From a virus: a stretch of 64,000 nt of DNA. Within the stretch, counting starts at the first letter, position 1. Each line of letters begins with the position of its first letter. Positions 49,655-59,483 of the stretch are shown piece by piece. Location: IMG/VR virus record IMGVR_UViG_3300043449_002191, positions 1 to 64,000 of that record; one strand, 5' to 3'. The translations under genes and the position numbers were made by a program. The notes beneath the pieces are model-generated. The model had not been told where the DNA came from. It ran no database searches and was given only the letters and a program-made list of their open reading frames with translations.

Positions 49655-49856
49655 GTGGTAGCGGCATGGAGAGCTGTGGACGATAGTGAAGTTGAAATAT
49701 GACCCAAACGAAATCCACTGGAGACACGCATGGAGAATACGGAAGCAGCGATTTACACTAACAGTGCAGGTATCTGAGGTGTATTTTTAGCGGAAGCAGA
49801 CCGACAGTCCGTAGGGGATACGACTATGGAGCCAGAGTAGCGACTGGCCTACCACG
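49655..49856 (+). ncRNA. Large tRNA-like structured RNA, copy 2
   Basis: GTGGTAG/CTACCAC closing stem; GCCAG-AGTAGCGA-CTGGC arm; GCTGTGGAC and CCACTGGAGACACGCA blocks. Confidence 0.7.
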
Positions 49857-49873
49857 CTTTTTTAGGAGGATTT

Positions 49874-50179
49874 ATGACTGAACGAGAATATGAAATTGTA
49901 GAAGAAACCGTTGTCCATTTTGAAGAAGAAGGCGGTTGGGCTATAGCTGTCACAAAACAAGAAGCGATTGTTCTCTATAAATACCTTAAAACTTACCTTA
50001 AGTTCACTGAAACAAATAAGCACAAAGGCCGACCAGTCCTAATCAGTAAGAAGAAAAACGCCGTATTACCTAAAAAAGTTGGCGTTAAAGTCTATAATTG
50101 CTTATATAATGATTATAAAGACCTTGCTGATAGCACCTATGTTAAATTAAATGGATTTATTAGTGAATGGGAAAACTAA
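49874..50179 (+). CDS. Hypothetical protein
   Basis: AGGAGG SD. Confidence 0.65.
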   Translation: MTEREYEIVEETVVHFEEEGGWAIAVTKQEAIVLYKYLKTYLKFTETNKHKGRPVLISKKKNAVLPKKVGVKVYNCLYNDYKDLADSTYVKLNGFISEWEN

Positions 50180-50322
50180 TAGTAGGACTTTTATTGTTAC
50201 ACTGGTTAATTATTGTGTTTAAATGGAGCCCATTTGAATACTGCTCTGCTATAAATCCCGACAACATGAACGCAGCAGTAAGCTGCATGGAAAGCCCATT
50301 CTGGCTTTGGAGGAGGTACTAA
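50167..50322 (+). CDS. 51-aa membrane peptide (not in ORF track)
   Basis: MGKLIVGLLLLHWLIIVFKWSPFEYC..; TAATG-coupled to the next gene. Confidence 0.55.
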   Translation: MGKLIVGLLLLHWLIIVFKWSPFEYCSAINPDNMNAAVSCMESPFWLWRRY

Positions 50323-50633
50323 TGAAAATCGTTATTGGAGATTTTATTAAACATAAAAGCTTTATGGACGTTTGTCTAGAAGTTAAAAAAGTATATGATT
50401 ATGGCCATGGAATCGAAGTGTCAGGCATTTGGTGGAATTTAGCTTATGTTAACAGCTTTTGTATTAATGAAAGGCAAAAAATTAATATAGCTAAAACAAA
50501 AGAAAGCATTAAACCAGAGAGCCAAAGGACCACAGACTTAAGCGAATGGGAAGTTTTGAGCAAAGAATGCCGTACAGACAATTGCTTTAGATACTCTTCT
50601 TGGTTCCCAATTAAAAGTGAGCCACTATTATAG
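50322..50633 (+). CDS. Hypothetical protein
   Basis: Start at MKIVIGDF after GGAGG. Confidence 0.65.
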   Translation: MKIVIGDFIKHKSFMDVCLEVKKVYDYGHGIEVSGIWWNLAYVNSFCINERQKINIAKTKESIKPESQRTTDLSEWEVLSKECRTDNCFRYSSWFPIKSEPLL

Positions 50634-50671
50634 TAGCCTAAAAATGACAAAAACCTTCACATTGGACTAAT

Positions 50672-50848
50672 ATGTTACCTCAAAAAAGAAATACTCAAGC
50701 CCCAGCTGCTAAAATAAAAGAAGTGTACATTTTAGAAGACTATGATTTTACTCCTGAAAACTCTACCAAAACAGTAGAAGATGATTCTTGGGTAGGGTTT
50801 GAGGTCATTCCTTTCCTGAAAGAATTGGCCAAAAATACAGAGAAATAA
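50672..50848 (+). CDS. 58-aa hypothetical protein (not in ORF track)
   Basis: MLPQKRNTQAPAAKIKEVYILEDYDF..; fills the gap. Confidence 0.5.
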   Translation: MLPQKRNTQAPAAKIKEVYILEDYDFTPENSTKTVEDDSWVGFEVIPFLKELAKNTEK

Positions 50849-50891
50849 GAGCCTAATCTTATTAATATCTAAAATATTCCCATAGGTATCA

Positions 50892-53114
50892 ATGGACAAG
50901 GTTAAAGCACTCAGACAATATATATCAAATTTTGTAAAAGGTGAAAACGTAGATGCCCTTTTAGGTGCATTAGGGGATTCATTACAATCTTTAGAAGATT
51001 TGTCTATTGCCGTTAACGATCAGCTAACAATTTCAACAGCTTCCGGCGTTTATTTAGATAAAAGATTGTCTGAACTTGGCATCACTAGACCTGCAGAACT
51101 TGGTATGGATGACCTTGCCTTCAGAAAAATGGGTATCCAAATCAATGCTCAAAAGCAAGTAACTGAGGCAATTCATACTGTACTCGGTACATTTTATGGT
51201 GAAGAGACTGTTAGAGCTTTCACTACATCTAGCATTGCTGGACCATACTTTCTGGAAGATGGCGACGACTTAATTTTTGAACTTGAAGACGGCGTACAGC
51301 AAACTATCGTAATCAATGAAGCAGATTTTTTAAACGTACAAGAAGCTACTGCAGAAGAATTAGCTGATGTAATTACTCGATCAATTAGAGCAGTCGGATA
51401 TGACAGCTATGCGCTAGTATATTTAGATATGGATACAGGTTTAAAGTATATTAGATTTTTTGGTGGAGCCAAAGGTCCGTATTCATTTATTAAGATCTTA
51501 GGCGGTAAACTTCAGTCTAAGTTAGAGTTCCCAGATATGCGTGGAACTTTTGTGCCAAATCTTATCAATACTCCAATCATTTGGCAAATCACTAGAACTA
51601 CTGGTTCAACTCACAGATTCAGATGGGTAGGTGGACCACAACCTGCATTGGATAAAGTTTCCCCTGAAGATTCAGTTCTAATCTATGGCCAACAATTGGC
51701 ATCAATCGGTATTGAAGGTACATTTACTGTGACAGGTGTTAGGCCTGCTCAACCGTTTGTTAGTCCTGATGCTGGTTATTTTGAAATAGAACTTGAAGGT
51801 TACGGCGCACTTAAATCTAGCACTCCAGACCTTATTCCACCAACTAATACCCCCACTGACACTTTCAGTATTGATATTAGTCAAGCTTACCATGATGACC
51901 TAAAATTCTTTTTGCCTAAGAAAAATACTCCTTATTCAAATACTAGGTATGCGCTTGCTTGGGAACCAGCTATAAATCTTTTGAGAGTTTATATGCCAGC
52001 TACAACTAAAGTTGTTCGCAGGGAAATCATTGGCGCTGCTCACTTACATTTGCTTTATTTGAATAATGAACTTAATGGCTCTTTCACAGATATTGAGATT
52101 CTTTCTGATAGATCATTCAGATACCCACAAAATGGCTACGATGTTATTGCAAGCGGTGGAACTGTTACGCATGGCTCTAATACCTATGATATAGAGTACA
52201 TTTTCAGGGAAAACTTCATGACTACAGTAGTATTAACCCCTGAGACTACACATAGTCTAACTGGAACGCTAGATGAATTCGGTAGACTAATGTCAACTGA
52301 AGTTGTAAGTATTTCTGTGCCTGATATGCCACAAGATGACTACTCTAATCCTTACAAAGGTCCTTACATCCTAGATCCGGCAGCAGAATATACGCTTACT
52401 GATAAGTTTGTAAAATTGAGAGAAGATGTCATTGGCGGCCAAACTAAAAACACAATTGTAGTAGAAGGCGTATTGCCAAACGAAGCTGGAATACTATTAT
52501 TCTCCTTAAACAAAGACGATCAAGAAGGTCCTGTCAGGTATTTAGCCACACAAACTGCCTCTGATGCTTTACCAAATCCAATCGTAAGTATTTCACAGTT
52601 TGGCACTACTGTAACAGTTACCACAACCACACCACATGGCGCAGCTGTAGGCGAAATGGTCGTAATTGCTGGCACTGCTAATTTCGATGGCTCATGGGAA
52701 GTTACTAGTACTCCTAGTTCAACAGTTTATAAGTTTATTAAAACTCCTGCTGCTACATTGTTTGAAAATACTGGTACATCAACTACTGTTGTCAATGGAG
52801 TTCTAAGCACACTTGTACTAGACCCTAGCTATGTTTTCCAGAATACCCACAGAATAAATGACGATGTTACCCTTATTTCTGATGATAAAGTTTATGAGCC
52901 TAGAGCAGATGGCTCAGACTATGGTCCATATGTTACAGGGACTGCAGAAGGCCAAGCTTTTGCTGAAAAATTGATTAAACAAATCACAGCTCTTGGAATT
53001 AACCTTGAAATAGTCATAGTATATCCAGATGATATCGGCTTAGGAAATGAGGGCGGTTCAGCTTCATTATCCGAACCACCGACTTCTGATAAGCTATTTG
53101 TTTGGGGCGTATAA
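50892..53114 (+). CDS. Baseplate wedge protein (gpI / gp7-like)
   Basis: ISTASGVYLDKRLSELGITRP..MDDLAFRK; C-term LIKQITALGI. Confidence 0.75.
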   Translation: MDKVKALRQYISNFVKGENVDALLGALGDSLQSLEDLSIAVNDQLTISTASGVYLDKRLSELGITRPAELGMDDLAFRKMGIQINAQKQVTEAIHTVLGTFYGEETVRAFTTSSIAGPYFLEDGDDLIFELEDGVQQTIVINEADFLNVQEATAEELADVITRSIRAVGYDSYALVYLDMDTGLKYIRFFGGAKGPYSFIKILGGKLQSKLEFPDMRGTFVPNLINTPIIWQITRTTGSTHRFRWVGGPQPALDKVSPEDSVLIYGQQLASIGIEGTFTVTGVRPAQPFVSPDAGYFEIELEGYGALKSSTPDLIPPTNTPTDTFSIDISQAYHDDLKFFLPKKNTPYSNTRYALAWEPAINLLRVYMPATTKVVRREIIGAAHLHLLYLNNELNGSFTDIEILSDRSFRYPQNGYDVIASGGTVTHGSNTYDIEYIFRENFMTTVVLTPETTHSLTGTLDEFGRLMSTEVVSISVPDMPQDDYSNPYKGPYILDPAAEYTLTDKFVKLREDVIGGQTKNTIVVEGVLPNEAGILLFSLNKDDQEGPVRYLATQTASDALPNPIVSISQFGTTVTVTTTTPHGAAVGEMVVIAGTANFDGSWEVTSTPSSTVYKFIKTPAATLFENTGTSTTVVNGVLSTLVLDPSYVFQNTHRINDDVTLISDDKVYEPRADGSDYGPYVTGTAEGQAFAEKLIKQITALGINLEIVIVYPDDIGLGNEGGSASLSEPPTSDKLFVWGV

Positions 53115-53569
53115 TGAGATCAATTGCTTTAACTAGTGCAAGTTTATTGTTAAAAGTAGCTTACGAAGACGGTAAAGAGAAAGTCATCGGGTTCGCCAAA
53201 GGTCTAAGTGTTGCAGTCTCCCAAGGCCATAAAAACACTTTTGTAGTAGATAGCCCGTTTCCAGCTGAAATGGCTCAAGGCACCCAACCGATGATCGTAA
53301 AAGGCTCACTTACCACTTATTTACCTAAAGGTTCTACGCCAGAATCATCAGGTCTAGTTCCATATAGACTAAGCTTGAGGAATGATGAAAATGCCTCAAC
53401 TTCTAAATTTATGCATCTTCGGGTATACGATAGAACGACAGATACCTTAGTTTTTTCTGCCGATTATTGTAAAGTAACGAGCTATAATATAAATATGATG
53501 GCCAGAGGCATAGTCGAGGTCCAGTTCCAATTTGACGGGATGTACCTGACCCCTGGAAATACTGTTTAA
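53114..53569 (+). CDS. Tail tube-like paralogue
   Basis: ALTSASLLLKV..VIGFAKGLS..VVDSPFPAEM..FSADYCKV parallels the tube at 14229; ATG53114 overlaps the upstream TAA. Confidence 0.65.
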   Translation: MRSIALTSASLLLKVAYEDGKEKVIGFAKGLSVAVSQGHKNTFVVDSPFPAEMAQGTQPMIVKGSLTTYLPKGSTPESSGLVPYRLSLRNDENASTSKFMHLRVYDRTTDTLVFSADYCKVTSYNINMMARGIVEVQFQFDGMYLTPGNTV

Positions 53570-53600
53570 ACCTAATCTTATTAGTACAACGGAGTATTAA

Positions 53601-56600
53601 ATGTCAGTCAAAAGACGCTTAAGTTTTTATAGTGGAATGCGTATAGATATCCCACACATAAGATCATTAGAATCTTCTGTGTCACATGACTTTGATATGA
53701 TGGCCAGAGGTTTAATTACAGGCCTAAATAATCCGTATTTAATCAGAGGTTTCAAAATCTCTATCCCTACCGCAGCCGTTAATGCTTCCTCACTTAGTAT
53801 TGAAGTTGCTGACTCCGCACTTTTACATTCTTCCGCAACTGAGTCCGGCACTATCCTTTTGATTGATCCTACAGAGCCATTACAGGTTTTAGATAGCACC
53901 AATACAAAAGTTATTGGTTCATTCCAGCCTAATACAGTTAACTATATCGGCTTGGATTACCGCAGAGTTTCCGACACTACCACGCTTGATCAAACGGCAG
54001 GGTGGTCTGCATCCCAAAATCTAGAATACCAAAGGTCAGTCCCAATCGGGAGAATCTTAGACTACAGATTTGTAGTATCTACTAACGGATTCGGGAAGAA
54101 TCTGCCTTTATATTTAGTAAAAACGACCTCAACTAATGCGGTAGAATGGATATCGAAAGCTTCCCCAAATTTGTTCAGGCTGGGTAGTGGCGGAGCTAAT
54201 CCTGATCCTTATCATTCATTTAATTTTGGTGTAGAGCCACTTTCAGGCGAACGCTCTGAATATTTATCTACTAATCCTAATCATCCAAATCCAGTAACAA
54301 CTGGACCTAATCCAGATTCGAATGTTTTTGAGTATGGCGATTTTGCTATCAAGAATTTGAAAGAGTGGATGGATGCCGTAATGACCAGATTCAAAGAAAT
54401 TGGTAACTCCACTTTCTGGTACAAGTCTAGTCTTTTACCTGATTCGGCTGCAAATACTTCTGATATCTGGAATGATGCCCTTGGTTCAGTTTTAACTGGT
54501 GTTGGTAACTTATCGTACAATCTTATTTTAGAATCTTCATTGCCATCAACTGGTGCCTTTCAGTCAAGAGTTAAATACCCAGATATTTCTGCTGGAGATG
54601 TCTTTGTTAAAGGGTTAACTTCTAGTGCCAAGGCAACTCTATCATCTTACTCTAACGGCAAGCTTGTTGTAAATAGCTTGACTGGCGGCACATTTATCTA
54701 CAATGAAGATCTTAAAACATACAGATCATTGAATCCTGATAAGAATTTGTTTGAAATCATGGATGCTAACTGGAATGGTAGTAAATTTGCCCACATGAGA
54801 ATGCTTGAGCCTACGCCTTCCACTTTAAGCAATATTGTATCTTGGTCATATGAAAATATGACAGATTCTGATGAATTCAGCTTTTCTGTTATTAAAGCTA
54901 TTGTAACTGATGCATCAGCTATGCAAGCTGGTGACCTGATGTTTGTAACTGGGCTATTACTTCCAGACCCTGAATATCATATCGAAAACGTAGTACAGCT
55001 ACAGGAAGTCAATACTTCTACAAATGAAGTTACATTTATTTGGGGTGAGCATTTATACTTAAGTTCAGGTGTCCCCACTGTTGAGTCTGGAAACTCATTA
55101 GGACCAGCATCCCATTCAAGTGTTTACCCTTTTATGCCTAGATTCTTAGTAGATTCTTGGGAACTTGATGGAACTAATGCTAAAATTACCACCAATGGTC
55201 AGCACAATATCAGACCTATCAGAACATATGTCTGTGACACTAACTTAGGCTCAAACATTATCACTACAGTTTCTACAGCAGAGTTGGTTCCTGGTGATGT
55301 CATCGTAGGTGCAGGTATTGCTGATTACTCAGTTGTAGCAACAGTTGATAGTTTGACTCAATTTACTATCAACAAAAATGCTACTGCTACAGCTTCAGGC
55401 GTTACTTTAGAGGCTCGTCACAGAATTTTAGTTTCTGGACTTGAGACTAGCAATAGCGATTTCCCTAAAACATCCTGGTTTGACGCTGATGTTGACTCAG
55501 AAAACTATGTTATTATTGATGTAGGTAGTGCTAGCGGTACACCACAAGTTGCTTCAGGCGCTCACATTAAATCTGTTTTCCATAAGTCTGAGATCTCTGT
55601 TTTTGAGGCAACTCCGTCTGAATACTCAGTTGGCTCCCAAGCATTGTACTTAATGGGTGAGACTGCTGGTGTTTACTACGTAGGTCCAGATACATTACCT
55701 GTACTTAACCAAGCTTCTGGTCCATACTATATGGAAGTTGTGGTAGCTGAATCAATCGTACAAGATCCAGCTAAAGTTTCTACTATTTCTAACGCAGCTT
55801 CTGGTTGGTGGTCTTCTACCTATGCTAATCCTGAGTATATTAAAGTAGAAATAGAGCCTGGGCATTCACATAACTTGTCCACTAGCGGCAGCGGATTTAC
55901 CTCCTCTGTTACAATTTACGGTGATAGCACTAAGTCTGTATTTATTAAATCTTACAGCAACGTAAATATTATTGTTATAGATTCTGAGCATTTTATCATT
56001 CAAGATCAGGCTGTTACTTCAGTTCAAGCCGATTACACTAATTCTGGCTTAGCTGATTCTACTTTCGTGAATTTTGCTGATAACCCATACTCTGGTCCTA
56101 TTGCTTGGGATGCAGACATGGTAATCAAGTCTATTGTAGGCGATAAGCGTGTAGTTATCCCTGCTACTGCAACTTGTTATGATTCTACAGTTGAAAACCA
56201 AAGTTCTGCAGCTAACCAGTTCAATATCAATGGTATCACAGGAACTGCTTACCTACAAGATGGCGAAGTTGCTTACATTATTCTCGATAGAAATAAAGTG
56301 GTCAGTAGCGGAGCTTATTGGTCTGTAAACGAAGCTAGCAATACCATTATCGGCTCTACTTTGGCTTTAGATAAAGATAATTTGCCACTTGAAGAAGGCG
56401 ACTTCGTTAAATTTGAAGATGAAGATGACTCTAAATGGATTAGAATTTCTAGTGTTGGCGCAACTAGCATCAGTATAACTACCGACGATAATCAAACTCC
56501 TACAGCCTTGCAACGTCCAGCTAAGAGCGGCAGACTTGTTTATGCTAAGGGAACTTACAACAAGCTTTATGTTAAGCCTCACCATGCAGTAGAACCATCA

Positions 56601-58397
56601 GCTGATGTTTATTGGCTAGCCGTTCGTCGTGATAACTATGGGTATAAATCTAAAGTTTATTTCCGTGGTCTTGAGCTTACTATCGGGGAAGTCCGTGAGA
56701 TCAGTGCCCCTACATCTAGCAATATCCTATTATACATTGGTGCGGAGTCAGAAGCTTCTGTTAATCCGACTTATACAGCTATCGACAGCTCTGGTGATTA
56801 CAAGTATTCTGAAGACTTCTTGATCACACAGATTGATAATGCTACTAAAATGGTTACATTGAATAACCCAGTTCCGCTTGGACCTCAAGTTCAAGATAGA
56901 ATTGTTAAAATTACTGGTACAACTGAGCAAGTCTGGACAATCAAACATTTAGTGACCTCTAAGACTTTTATTGTAACTGAGGATACAGCCGATCTTTCTG
57001 CTGGAGATGCAGTTAAGTACAGACAAATGAACCAAAACATTCAAGATTCTGACAACCTTACTTTGGCTATCAGAAAAGAAGATCGTAATCTTGGTTCAGT
57101 ACAAACAGCCTTATCTAAGCCTGTTTATGATGAAAGCGTTTATATACAACAGATCATTTTAACTTCAGGTGATAACGTAAAATCTGGCAGCTATATCTAT
57201 CAAGGCCCACAATATAATCCTACTGCTCTTGCATGGGTGTTACATGGAAACCAAACTGGACAAACAGATACAGTTGAGGGAGCAAGCTTAGCACTTCCAG
57301 GCGGACATCCTAGTCTTCCTACCGATGCAGCTTTAATCCATGTTTATTCTGGCACATTTTCTAGCGGAGATGTAGTTTACCAAAATAGTTCTGCTGTAGG
57401 TACAATTACTGGCTCAATTACTGCCCCTGCCCTTTACGGCAACACGACTGCTGGTGGAGTAGAGCTTATTTTACCTCCTAATAGAAGAACAGAAGTCAAA
57501 GGCTCTGGCGGATACGTGACTTTCGGTACTCATTCTTTCTATAAAGCTAGCGAAGAGGAGACTTTAGCTGGCGAAGAATTGATGGTATTTGTTAATGATA
57601 CTGCTCGCCAAGCTGCTGTTGATTACGATGAAACTTTCGGTGGTCCTAAAGCTAAGATCAGACTCAGAAGAACTACCCCTCCAAACACTAGAATGCGTTT
57701 CCGTGTAATGTCATCTTTTGGTAGCGTAGTTGCTGCTAAAGCTGGTGATGTCACTCTGCAATCTGCTTATAACTCAGGTGCCACTATTGGCACATCTGCT
57801 GGAAGACCTGTAACTATTACTTCTAATGATACTGCTTCAGGTGCTGTTGGACAATTGATTAGAGGCTCCCTGCAAATTAACGGCGGTGTCAATCAACTTG
57901 GTGGTATCTATAATGAAACAGGCGCAGGTGATCAGACTTTTGTCGTAGGTAATGAAAACGATAAGCCTAAAGAAGTTTGGTCTGGCTTAGAGGCAGTTAA
58001 AACCCACACTTCGCACCCAGGTTCTGCTTGGATTCGTAAGACTGCAGCTCAGATCGTTATTGGTGACGCTGCTACTGCTATTACTGGCTCAGCTATTACT
58101 CTTGAAGATAATACAACCTACAGAATTAAAATTAGTGCTGTAGGCCGTAGGTCGGATGGAACTTTTGGTGCTGGATCTTTCAGCATCGAAGGTACATTCT
58201 ACAGAAGTCTAGGCGGTTCAGCTCAAGCTGCTGGAATGCCAGTCTCTTACATTATCGGTGCTGATGGCGATGGCCAAAACTGGGCTATTGTTTTCGGTGT
58301 AAGCGGTAACGATGTGACTATGATGGTTTACGGCTCAGCAGGTGCAACAATCCAATGGGTTTGCTCTATTGATTACCAAGCCGTAGCTTCGACTTAA
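53601..58397 (+). CDS. Large baseplate/tail-fibre attachment protein
   Basis: 1598 aa, beta-rich; VTLQSAYN; C-terminal domain related to those of 19961 and 20653. Confidence 0.7.
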   Translation: MSVKRRLSFYSGMRIDIPHIRSLESSVSHDFDMMARGLITGLNNPYLIRGFKISIPTAAVNASSLSIEVADSALLHSSATESGTILLIDPTEPLQVLDSTNTKVIGSFQPNTVNYIGLDYRRVSDTTTLDQTAGWSASQNLEYQRSVPIGRILDYRFVVSTNGFGKNLPLYLVKTTSTNAVEWISKASPNLFRLGSGGANPDPYHSFNFGVEPLSGERSEYLSTNPNHPNPVTTGPNPDSNVFEYGDFAIKNLKEWMDAVMTRFKEIGNSTFWYKSSLLPDSAANTSDIWNDALGSVLTGVGNLSYNLILESSLPSTGAFQSRVKYPDISAGDVFVKGLTSSAKATLSSYSNGKLVVNSLTGGTFIYNEDLKTYRSLNPDKNLFEIMDANWNGSKFAHMRMLEPTPSTLSNIVSWSYENMTDSDEFSFSVIKAIVTDASAMQAGDLMFVTGLLLPDPEYHIENVVQLQEVNTSTNEVTFIWGEHLYLSSGVPTVESGNSLGPASHSSVYPFMPRFLVDSWELDGTNAKITTNGQHNIRPIRTYVCDTNLGSNIITTVSTAELVPGDVIVGAGIADYSVVATVDSLTQFTINKNATATASGVTLEARHRILVSGLETSNSDFPKTSWFDADVDSENYVIIDVGSASGTPQVASGAHIKSVFHKSEISVFEATPSEYSVGSQALYLMGETAGVYYVGPDTLPVLNQASGPYYMEVVVAESIVQDPAKVSTISNAASGWWSSTYANPEYIKVEIEPGHSHNLSTSGSGFTSSVTIYGDSTKSVFIKSYSNVNIIVIDSEHFIIQDQAVTSVQADYTNSGLADSTFVNFADNPYSGPIAWDADMVIKSIVGDKRVVIPATATCYDSTVENQSSAANQFNINGITGTAYLQDGEVAYIILDRNKVVSSGAYWSVNEASNTIIGSTLALDKDNLPLEEGDFVKFEDEDDSKWIRISSVGATSISITTDDNQTPTALQRPAKSGRLVYAKGTYNKLYVKPHHAVEPSADVYWLAVRRDNYGYKSKVYFRGLELTIGEVREISAPTSSNILLYIGAESEASVNPTYTAIDSSGDYKYSEDFLITQIDNATKMVTLNNPVPLGPQVQDRIVKITGTTEQVWTIKHLVTSKTFIVTEDTADLSAGDAVKYRQMNQNIQDSDNLTLAIRKEDRNLGSVQTALSKPVYDESVYIQQIILTSGDNVKSGSYIYQGPQYNPTALAWVLHGNQTGQTDTVEGASLALPGGHPSLPTDAALIHVYSGTFSSGDVVYQNSSAVGTITGSITAPALYGNTTAGGVELILPPNRRTEVKGSGGYVTFGTHSFYKASEEETLAGEELMVFVNDTARQAAVDYDETFGGPKAKIRLRRTTPPNTRMRFRVMSSFGSVVAAKAGDVTLQSAYNSGATIGTSAGRPVTITSNDTASGAVGQLIRGSLQINGGVNQLGGIYNETGAGDQTFVVGNENDKPKEVWSGLEAVKTHTSHPGSAWIRKTAAQIVIGDAATAITGSAITLEDNTTYRIKISAVGRRSDGTFGAGSFSIEGTFYRSLGGSAQAAGMPVSYIIGADGDGQNWAIVFGVSGNDVTMMVYGSAGATIQWVCSIDYQAVAST

Positions 58398-58993
58398 CGG
58401 GTCATTGATTCGTAAGTTTCTGTAGCCCATACACTTGAGGGCAAGGCAGTTTTCTTATCAAGGTATGTCTGATATGAGAACCAAACTTGAGCCTTGCCCG
58501 TGAACATATTTTCAACCAACCCATCCCAATACTTAGCGTAAATTCTCTGATAATAAGTACTTGATACTAAGTATGAGTATGTTGACATAATCTTTTCAAT
58601 TTCATTGCCTTCAATAAGTACCCCACTATCGTCATGATCAGCATTACGTACACAATGATCTAACTCATGATATATTAAAGTATATTTACCGATCTCCTTA
58701 AATCTATCCCAATAGTCAGTACTGATAGTGACAGTCTTTATAACTTTAGAAGTAGCTGTAATTCCTTCCATAGATCGTTCTTCACCGAGTACACATTGAC
58801 CTAAACGGTTTTCAGGCAACTTACCACTTTTAATTATAAGGTTTTCGGTATCAATACGTTTGCCGTAAGATGCAGCATCAGTGAAGTAAGCCTTAGCGTA
58901 TTTTTTGTACTTTTCTTCCATTTTAGGGTTGAAAGTAACTTCTTTAGAGCAGGCTGAGAGTAAAAGCAATAAAACAACAAATAAAAGTCTCAT
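58394..58993 (-). CDS. Lipoprotein zinc metallopeptidase (paralogue of 30040..30660)
   Basis: Lipobox LSAC; LIYHELDHCVRNADH; KIM Met-turn-like motif. Confidence 0.75.
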   Translation of the reverse strand: MRLLFVVLLLLLSACSKEVTFNPKMEEKYKKYAKAYFTDAASYGKRIDTENLIIKSGKLPENRLGQCVLGEERSMEGITATSKVIKTVTISTDYWDRFKEIGKYTLIYHELDHCVRNADHDDSGVLIEGNEIEKIMSTYSYLVSSTYYQRIYAKYWDGLVENMFTGKAQVWFSYQTYLDKKTALPSSVWATETYESMTR

Positions 58994-59002
58994 AATTACT
59001 CC

Positions 59003-59161
59003 TTACGACAAAATAAAAGTTAAGATTGCAGGTAAAATTACAGTTGAGATAACCATAATTAAGCCCATAGCGAACATGACATTGCCTTGGGGCGTAGAGA
59101 TATAAGTATTGCCGTTTTCGTCCGTGAACACGTAATCTTCGGGTTTACATTCTTTAAACAT
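59003..59161 (-). CDS. 52-aa membrane protein (not in ORF track)
   Basis: MFKECKPEDYVF..MGLIMVISTVILPAILTFILS; GGAGG SD. Confidence 0.6.
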   Translation of the reverse strand: MFKECKPEDYVFTDENGNTYISTPQGNVMFAMGLIMVISTVILPAILTFILS

Positions 59162-59181
59162 AAAAGCCTCCATACACATAC

Positions 59182-59210
59182 AGATTAACGTGCTTAGAGG
59201 CTATTGTCAA
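59182..59210 (-). promoter_or_regulatory. Sigma70-type promoter
   Basis: TTGACA-17 nt-TAATCT. Confidence 0.7.
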
Positions 59211-59240
59211 TAATAAATATAACAATGTATCGGTTTGATA

Positions 59241-59483
59241 CTATTCTTCGTGGTAATCGGTTCTAAAAGTGGTTTTTACTCTTGTTAAGAGTTCTTTTGA
59301 TTCTAGGTAAAATTCGTCTTTCCATTCAACTTGATAGCTATCTGCTGTTTTTTGAGACACAGGTCTAGTATGAGTCACCATTCTGAGCATGGATAATATT
59401 TGCCCAAATCTTCCATCAGGAAATTTTTCCACTGCTTCAGTCAGGATTTTAAGTAGCTCTCTATTTGCTTCTAACCTAGTCAT
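59241..59483 (-). CDS. Hypothetical phage protein
   Basis: KFPDGRFGQIL..FYLES motif; coupled ORFs. Confidence 0.65.
   Translation of the reverse strand: MTRLEANRELLKILTEAVEKFPDGRFGQILSMLRMVTHTRPVSQKTADSYQVEWKDEFYLESKELLTRVKTTFRTDYHEE

Noticed and set aside
49298-49731. ORFs 49312..49731(-), 49334..49570(+) and 49298..49498(-) as proteins
   Set aside because: They overlap the structured RNA cluster, have atypical composition and are better explained as chance ORFs.
49399-49856. Canonical tmRNA
   Set aside because: No G3:U70, no TTC T-loop, no CCA and too short. The ..FASGA-TAA-TAG hairpin in copy 1 is tag-like but has no counterpart in copy 2.
50221-50306. Hairpins suggesting another ncRNA
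   Set aside because: The region is explained by the coupled 51-aa ORF 50167..50322.
8126-56948. Numerous 60-150 aa antisense or alternate-frame ORFs inside large genes (e.g. 9377..9652, 31197..31646, 44053..44427)
   Set aside because: They are shadow ORFs from codon bias, with no SD or motifs.
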